Shown here piece by piece: positions 56,263 through 64,000 of a stretch of 64,000 bases of DNA. The notes beneath the pieces are model-generated. The model was not told the origin of the DNA, made no database searches, and worked only from the letters and a program-made list of their open reading frames with translations. Positions within the stretch are counted from its first letter, which is position 1. Each line of letters opens with the position of its first letter. Source of the DNA: the human T2T-CHM13v2.0 reference genome, Homo sapiens; the NCBI RefSeq assembly GCF_009914755.1, contig NC_060934.1. One strand, written 5' to 3'. A program made the position numbers and the translations under genes.

Positions 56263-56925
56263 CCCCCAGGCCCCAAGGAAATGGGCATGCTGAGGAGGGA
56301 GCTCCTCCTCTCCCCACTCCCATCCTTGGCCCCAGCAGCACACTCCCAATTCCGGCCTGGCTGGTCAGCTCCTGGGTCTTCAAGGATGTTCAGGTACAGA
56401 GCAAGTGTTAGACTCAGGACCTTGAGGCCTGAGAATGGGAGGCCAAGTGGATTTGGATGGGGGCAGGTGGAGGCAGAGATATAGTCACTAGCCCCGTACA
56501 GGAGCTGGCCAGGGCGGCTCGCCCAGGGTCCATCTTGCATGGTAGGCTTTTCTCCTTCTTTCAGTACAGAGTGAGTCCTCAAACTGTCTATGAATCAACC
56601 ATTAGTCTTGGCCATATCGTGTCCCTCTAAGGTGGGCAAAATGACCTCCTAATCCAGCTGCAAGCTGAGTATCTAATCCCAGTCTGGGTACCCTCGCCTT
56701 TGGCTGCAAATGGAGCCCTTCCAGATATAGTCACTGGTGGGAGTGAGGTCCTGAGTGAGGGGCTGCTCAAGGCAGCCCATCCTCCCTGGAAGAGACAGCG
56801 CTGGGAACAGAATAGCGGGTGCAAATTCTTGCAGGCCTTGCTCATGAAAACCCCAGCCCCTGGGAAGGGAAAGCCTGGGACTTCCTGCTGTCAGCCTGGC
56901 TCACCTTCCTTGTCTCTACTGGCAG

Positions 56926-57058
56926 CTCCTACGACTGCCTCCTCGATGACCCCTTTGATCCTGCCTGGCCCCAGCCCCCAGAGCTGCCTGGGATCAACTA
57001 CTCAATGGATGAGCAGTGCCGCTTTGACTTTGGCAGTGGCTACCAGACCTGCTTGGCA
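56926..57058 (+). CDS. ADAMTS14: ADAMTS14 exon 9 (133 nt, phase 2-0), catalytic domain end and disintegrin-like start
   Basis: Acceptor ctactggcag|C; donor GCA|gtaagt; encodes [44 protein letters not shown]. Confidence 0.96.
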
Positions 57059-58435
57059 GTAAGTAGCCATCTGGCCTCTGCCAGGTGGTTGGGGGCCAGG
57101 GCAGTGTCCTTCTGTGGCCCATGCTGACCATTCATGAGGTGCCTTCTGCCCAGCTGGCCAGTGGGCCTGGTGATGGGCCCACAGACACAGTGCCAGCCAC
57201 CATGCAGGGATGCAGAGTGAACACCTGTGGGGGCAGGTGGACACAGTGGCTTGGGAATGCATTAGCCCTGGGAAAGATGGGAACAGCAGAGCAGAGAGGG
57301 TGGGCACCTGATGGGATACTGTCTGGATACTGCAAGGGAGCCCAGGTTCCAGATAAGTTGTTGGGCTCTGGCCTGGTGGAGCAGCAGGTCCCACACCCTC
57401 CGGGGATGTGCCAAGTCTTTCAGTCTAACTCCCCACCTTCTGCACCTGCACATCACCTCTCTCCAGAGCGTCAGTTCCATGTCCCTGCTGCCTGTGCCTG
57501 AGGACATAGATACAAGGGAGCATAACCTTGTCCCTACCCTGCAGGATGGCACAGGGGAAGACTGCTGAGCCTGAGATCAGCTAGAGTCCCCTAGGAGAGA
57601 ACTCAACAGCTGCCACCCAGGGCCCAGGCTGAGCTGTCAGAGAATGGGCCATCTCAGGGGTAGGGGGCTTTCTGAAGGGGGCAGGCCTTGGGGACCTGAG
57701 TGCTTCATACTACCCATCAGGGAATGCAGCTCTCTTCACCTCCGTGGAATGGGGAGCGCCCCCAACCATGTGTGGACACCTTCCCCACTGTCTGGGACAT
57801 GTGGTCTGACAAAGTGCCTGAGTTGTGGGCAGAGGACAAGGACATGGGATTTCAGGGTCCAAATGCTGTACTTGTAGGATGCTTGTCTGGCTGGCAGGGG
57901 ATAAGAGGGAATATTAAGGAAGCTATGGCTTCTCTGGACAATCTGAAACGTAAGGTCATCAACCTCTGGCATGGCTGGGTGTCCAAGTTACAGGGAGGTG
58001 GAGTCCCAGCCTCGTTGGAGTGCTGGGGTGGGGGGGTCTGGGCTGGAAAGCAGCAGTCCCCTTAATTCTCCCCATGTGCACAGGGCTCAGGGCAGGGGCA
58101 CTGTGAACCCAGACCTCCCCAGAGCCTCACACCCTAGTCCCAGCTCAGTGACAAATGGCCTCTGTAAAGCGGGGGAGGGAGGCCTTGGAGAGAGAACGAC
58201 AAGAGCATGGGCCATGGCTAGGCTCTTTCTCAGTGCCATGGAGAAAGGAGGGGTCCCTGGAGGCTGCCGGTACTTGGAGTTGAGTAAACTTGAAGCAGGT
58301 GAGGGGCTCTGGCTGCTTTCCCTGCAGTGCCCTGGGTGCCTGCACTCATCACACCCTCTTTTCTCTCCATCACTGCCCTTTGTTCTTGGACAAAGAGCCA
58401 GTCCAGTCTGGTGACCCCATTCCCTTGCCATGCAG

Positions 58436-58549
58436 TTCAGGACCTTTGAGCCCTGCAAGCAGCTGTGGTGCAGCCATCCTGACAACCCGTACTTCTGCAA
58501 GACCAAGAAGGGGCCCCCGCTGGATGGGACTGAGTGTGCACCCGGCAAG
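58436..58549 (+). CDS. ADAMTS14: ADAMTS14 exon 10 (114 nt, phase 0-0), disintegrin-like domain
   Basis: Acceptor ccatgcag|TTC; donor AAG|gtacct; encodes [38 protein letters not shown]. Confidence 0.96.
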
Positions 58550-59534
58550 GTACCTGTGGGGTGTGCAGCAGGAGTGGCCTTCCTGGGGTGCAGGGCATCC
58601 ATCACTGGCATGGGGGTGGATCCCAGAGTGAACCCTGACCCCTCCCTCCAAGTGCTTATATGAGTTGAGGGTGGTGCTAAAAGACAGTGGTGAGTCCAGT
58701 GTGTGGGTAAATACACGTGGAGTCTTCCCATAAACTCACCCTGTCTTCTCTCCCAGCCCACAGCCCTTTGTCTCTGTAATTGGCTGAGGGTAGCATGATC
58801 TCCTAGCCCATCTGACAGGAAGGCTTACTTCCATTTTACCAATGAGAAGAATGGGGCCCAGGCAGGTTGATTAAGGAACTTTATGGGGTCCCTCAGGGAG
58901 TGATTAGCAGAGAAGGGATGCAGAGAAATCTCTGTGTGTCCTGCCTACTCCCCCACCCCTATGCTGTCTCTGAGCATGAGACACACGTGTTCTCCCCACA
59001 CCAACCTCCTTCATGAATGTCCTGTGTTTGCTCCCTCATGCATGTGTGGGTGCCAGGGCTTCATTTGCCCGGGGGACCCCGTGGCTGGGTCTGAAACCCA
59101 GCTCTGCTCTGCTGCCGGCCCTGCCCTTGATCACTGTGGTGACCTTGGGCCGTTCATTGAACTTTTCTGACTCGCCAACACCTGACCAACCTCAGGGTTG
59201 TTCTGAGGTAACTGACTCATGTCAAGGCACGTGAGGGAGCAGGGAAGAAGCCAGGTGCTAGGAGAGGTGGTTCCTCAGCATCAGCAGGAGCCCAGCCCCA
59301 GGGCCACCCCACCAGCCTGCCCCCTGCCTCCTGCCCTAGCCAGGCTCCTCCTATTCACACCTGTCCTGCTGAGCAGCTCTGGGGCTTGTCCTGTCACAGG
59401 TGGATGGAGCTTCCCCTGGCCTGGCAGGTCCTTGATGGGTTATAGCTGTTCCAGGTCTTTCCACTTCTTAAGTTTTCCCAGGTGTTTTCAAAGTTCCAGA
59501 CCCTCCCCAGCCACAGTTTCACGAGACAGTTCAT

Positions 59535-59882
59535 CAGTGGTTCTCTATCTGGGCTGCATATTGGAATCATCCTGGTAGTTTTAAAACCCCTCCTATAGAA
59601 CAAGAAGTGACTGCAGATGAGCACGGAGAATATTTTTGAGGTGATAAAAATATTCTCAAATTGGATTGTGGTGACGATTGGACAACTTTGCGAATTTATG
59701 AAAAGTCATCGCATTGCATACTTGAAATGAGTGAATTCTATAGTACGTAAATTACACCTCATTATAGTGCCTCCAAAAGTTCCTACCCCTAGTGATTCTG
59801 ACTCAGTTGGTCTGGGGTGAAGATCAGGCATCTGAAGTTGTAAAATCTCCCCCAGGTGATTCCAAGGTTGAGAACCACTGAG
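59535..59882. mobile_element. MER5A-like element split by an old L1 3' fragment (~59620-59765)
   Basis: cagtggttctc...ggaatcatcctgg then L1-like ggtgataaaaatattctcaaattggattgtggtgac, then tgattctgactcagttggtctgggg...gttgagaaccactg. Confidence 0.65.
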
Positions 59883-60598
59883 TTCATCTCTTGGGAGATG
59901 AACTTTGCCCAGAGAGCTTTGTGCATTTTTTTCATGCTACCCTGTAGGAAAAGGGAAGGGAGTTGCCTCTAGTTGAGCCCTCCCTTATTGCCTGGCCCTG
60001 TGCTAAGGCCTGTATAGATATGAGAGCAGTCCCACCTAACAGGTGGGTAAACTGAGGCTCAGCAAGCTAAAGTAGCCACACGTAGCTAGTATTGCTGAGC
60101 TGGGATTCAAACCCAGGAATCCTTCATGCATACACTCCTTCCACTGCATGCACAGACCTCCCTGCATGGCTGGTCTGCCTCCCAGAAGCACATCTCATGA
60201 TCCCTGGAAGGTGATTTTGAGATACAGAGCCAAGATCAACTCTAGCTAGTGTGGGAAGATTGTGTCTTCTCTCCCCTATCAGCCTTTTATTACTCCCGGG
60301 TGTGCCGATAATTGCACATTTATTATCACTGTTCATCATAAGATCTGCCATTTCTGGAGGGCCTTGTATACTGGGTATGATCTCATCAGAAGCTATGAGC
60401 AGGTGCAGTTACCCACATTGTCCAGTTGAGGAACAGGCCCAGAAAGGCAAGCCTTTTGTTTAAGGCTGCTCAGCTCATGCTAGGGGTGGGATTCTGCCTA
60501 AACCCAGGCTCATGCTCTTGCTATCCCTTTTTCTGGCTCCCCGGGTGGGCTCAGCAGCAGCAGCCCAGGGTGACCTCATGCCCTCTGCTCTGCCCCAG

Positions 60599-60747
60599 TG
60601 GTGCTTCAAAGGTCACTGCATCTGGAAGTCGCCGGAGCAGACATATGGCCAGGATGGAGGCTGGAGCTCCTGGACCAAGTTTGGGTCATGTTCGCGGTCA
60701 TGTGGGGGCGGGGTGCGATCCCGCAGCCGGAGCTGCAACAACCCCTC
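60599..60747 (+). CDS. ADAMTS14: ADAMTS14 exon 11 (149 nt, phase 0-2), TSR1 N-terminal part
   Basis: Acceptor ctgccccag|TGG; donor TC|gtgagt; encodes WCFKGHCIWKSPEQTYGQDGGWSSWTKFGSCSRSCGGGVRSRSRSCNNP (WxxW and CSRSCG TSR motifs). Confidence 0.97.
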
Positions 60748-62743
60748 GTGAGTGTGCTTGGCTAGGGTGGGGAGGGCAGGGAGTCCCTCCCCAGGGCGGA
60801 GGGGCTTGGAGGGGAAGGCACTGGGGAGACAGTGCAGGAGAGAAGGGCCCCTGTGGGTGGTTGTGTATGCTAACGCATGAGGACACAAACTTGTTGGTGG
60901 AGGCAGATCACTCCTACCTGCATCCACTAAGAACTCTCAGGTCTGCCTTCTGTGCGTTTGTCTGAACCAGTGGTTCTCAAGCTCATGCGCAGAAGATTCC
61001 CCAGAGTCTGGGTGGCCCTACTTCTTCATGCGTGTAACAAGTCCTCTCATGACCCCGACCCTCTGGCTAAACTTTGAGAAACACTGATCTAAGCTCTTTG
61101 TTGGAAGAATCAATTTCCTAACTTTGTTTTCTACCACATGGAGAAAATCTCCCTTTAATTTTTCTTAACTCTTTCTAACATCAAAGCTCCTTCCCCTCTT
61201 CCCCACCCCCGAGTTTTAGCATTCTGGGGGAGATGTCCATTCTCCCTTCTCATCCCCTCTATAGGGACCTTCTCCCCAACTCCATGGTTTTGGGATATCT
61301 GAGCCCTAGTTCTCCATCTCCATCTCCAAGCAGAAGCAGCCTGTTTAGAACAGCACCACGGGAGATGGGGACTGGCCAAGGCCAGCTGCATGGCTTGGTT
61401 GGCTCTAGGAATGCAGGAGTTCTGAACCCCCACAACAACAGGGCCTGGCCTGACCCCTCACAGCACTGAGGGGTATGATGAAGACTGCGGAATCGCAAAG
61501 TTGTAGGGTCACAGTGGCTCTGGTGTCCTCAGGAGTGGTCATTCATACTGTTATTTATCGCTAGGGATGGGAAACTCACTGCCTATTGAAGCAGCTGTTC
61601 CTTTGTTTTAGAGAATATAGCCGTATAGTTAATATGGACAGCTATATTGACCTTCTACACACATGAACCAAAATGGACTGCCTTGTAACTTTCATCTGTC
61701 GGGAATACAAAGTCTGTGGTTATAGAAAAGCCCAGGGGTCCCTGTTCTGAGTAAATCACCTTGCAGGCATGACCGACAATTATCCCTTGGTATAATTGGT
61801 ATCAAAGCTACCATTTATTGAGCTCCTGTGTAATAACAACTATTTTTATTTTATGAGGCTTAAATGAAATAATATGTGTGCTCTCAGCACCATGCTCACA
61901 CAAATTAAATACTTAATGAAAGCTGCTGTTATAGTAATCATTATTATAGTATGTCAAGCACTTTGTGCTAGGTGGGATGCTAAGCACTTAGGTACAAAAA
62001 TCTGTGCAATTCTCCCACATGTCTATGAGTAGGGTACTGTTAACCCCAGCACTTGGACACTTTGTATCAAGTCTTACCCAATCCTCTTGACTTAATGAAG
62101 AAGAGAGCATAGATGACTATAAAATACCTTTTCTTACTATTCTTCACAGACACACCAGGAGGTGAGTAAAATAAGAGGGATTATAGTCCCTGTTTTCAAG
62201 GGGAAATTAAGCCACAGCAAGGCTAAGTGGCCTGGCCAAGGTTGCACTGTCAGGACTTGGAAGCCAGCTCTTCTGATTCCAAATCCAAGTTTCTTTTACC
62301 ACTCCTTAGTTTATGATGATATTAAGTGGAAGTTGATGCAAATGGGAGTGGCTGAGTCGTTTATGGGGGCCTGCTCTATGCCAGGGCCTGCAAAACAGTT
62401 GAAGGCACCCACAAAGATGAGTAAGATGGATTTCTCTTCCAGTCCAGCTGGAGAGGGTTAGTCAGTCCCTGTGTCAGTCTGTACATCTGTCCGTCACACT
62501 CACCGTGGTATAGGTGGTGTATGTCTGAAGGGTAAAGCAGTCAGGGAGGAAGAAGGATCTGGATAGCTCTTCAGCTGAGCTCCACAGCCCCCACCCTGGG
62601 AGCCATTCTCTGGTTTATGTCAGTGGAGGCCCTTGTCATGCTATTATGAATGGCTGAGCTGCTCCTGGTGGCTGTGTGGGAAACCTGGCCCTCCCCAGCC
62701 TTCCCAGCCAGCAAGGTCATCCATTTCTCTGTGTCTGTCCCAG

Positions 62744-62919
62744 CCCAGCCTATGGAGGCCGCCCGTGCTTAGGGCCCATGTTCGAGTACCAGGTCTGCAA
62801 CAGCGAGGAGTGCCCTGGGACCTACGAGGACTTCCGGGCCCAGCAGTGTGCCAAGCGCAACTCGTACTATGTGCACCAGAATGCCAAGCACAGCTGGGTG
62901 CCCTACGAGCCTGACGATG
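62744..62919 (+). CDS. ADAMTS14: ADAMTS14 exon 12 (176 nt, phase 2-1), TSR1 end and Cys-rich domain start
   Basis: Acceptor ctgtcccag|C; donor GATG|gtgagt; encodes PAYGGRPCLGPMFEYQVCNSEECPGTYEDFRAQQCAKRNSYYVHQNAKHSWVPYEPDD. Confidence 0.96.
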
Positions 62920-64000
62920 GTGAGTGGGCCCCACCCCCCTCCCACTCCATGTCCTTAGGCATCTGCGGGGGCTGTGTGTGCCCAGGCAGGGCCTCCTACC
63001 CCTACATACACCAGTGAAGGTGGAGGGACAGTGGGGGTGCCAAAAGGGACACTGAAGTCAGCGGGCTCACCATATACCCTTTTGTAGGCCTGTTCTTGGT
63101 ATACTTCTGGGGTCATCATCCCCATCAAGGCCATCCCTGATTTGTGTACTTATGATGACAGTTTTCTGGCAGATGCAAGGAAAGTGTCTTGAGGAAGGGA
63201 CACTTCACACACAGGTGTTGCCAAGGCCGGCAGCAGTGTTGGCTGTTAGGGTTGCCTGCCTTTCGTCTTCTGTCCCTACCTGCAGGGAGAAGAATTATAT
63301 AGGTGCAGGCACCCTTCCCGTTGCATGACCAGTGTCCTGAGGAGCTCAGTCCTATTACATGCTGTGTTTTTAGGTTTTACTGATTGGGTTGTGGTTTCAG
63401 CAGAGTCGATGAGATGATTTTGGAAGGCACGCAGATAGGATCTGGTGGGATCTTCATAACGACTCTCTAGGCTGCCCTGGGACATACACAGGACTTCTAG
63501 ACTCCTGTAAAGAGTCTGAATTTGGGGACCATAGTGGTGCCAGTTCCCATCTATTTTTGAGTGTTTCCAGTGATGGCTCCATAGCGGCAGAGCATCCAGT
63601 GAAGGGTTGGGATTCGTGGCAAGTCAGAGCCTCGGCTGGAAGAGCCCTCAATGATCCTCTGATTCCAGCTTTCCCCTGCCAGCCTCTCCATGGGTCCTCC
63701 ATGGACAGATGCTCATTCTCCATCACACAACTCTTGGCCCAGACAGCTCCCATCAGGACGGGCTTTCCTCCCTGGAGCCTGGGCTCCACCCCAGAACTGT
63801 CAGCTCTTCAGCTCTGGTCTAGAATGACAGACTCTTCAGGTTGGAAGGGACCTCAGAGGCCTGTCATTGCCAGATTCTTCCAGAGCATCCTTGCAGGGGG
63901 TGTCTTCTCTCTGCTTGGATTCCTCCTACTCTGGGGAGCTCACCACTCCCTTCGCACTGTTGCTGCCCAGAGAGCTTCCGTTGCTGCCCAGAGAGCTGCC

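Noticed and set aside
56167-56484. 105-aa ORF as an independent ADAMTS-like gene
   Set aside because: Starts at GTG, only ~28 codons are homologous to exon 9, and the rest is unrelated intron sequence; treated as a pseudo-exon.
51041-62748. Nearby downstream AGs at the acceptors of exons 5 (+4), 10 (+5) and 12 (+5)
   Set aside because: All would frameshift and the first AG is normally favoured; no sequence-only evidence of use.

Overview
Human (hominid) genomic DNA covering the middle of ADAMTS14 (procollagen N-proteinase family) on the + strand. The window begins inside intron 2, contains coding exons 3-12 and ends inside intron 12; exon numbering is from my recollection of the gene model. 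These exons encode the end of the prodomain, the furin site, the metalloprotease domain, the disintegrin-like domain, TSR1 and the start of the Cys-rich domain. All ten exons have AG/GT boundaries with mutually consistent phases. The introns hold a full-length antisense SVA_F, about 13 Alus (several nested, with TSDs), MaLR LTRs, L1/L2/MIR/MER fragments and tandem repeats. The most notable unexplained features are: (1) a decayed in-frame copy of exon 9 in intron 8; (2) a perfect 33-bp G/C palindrome just after the exon 4 donor; (3) an ~85-bp-arm non-Alu inverted duplication in intron 4; (4) tandem donors on exon 6 that toggle three residues next to the active site; (5) an atypical SVA hexamer head and a candidate SVA poison exon; (6) a strictly alternating 26-bp minisatellite; (7) a DR1/AP-1 composite motif. 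There is no prokaryotic system or CRISPR array. Repeat subfamily calls are from memory of consensus sequences, not from a RepeatMasker run.
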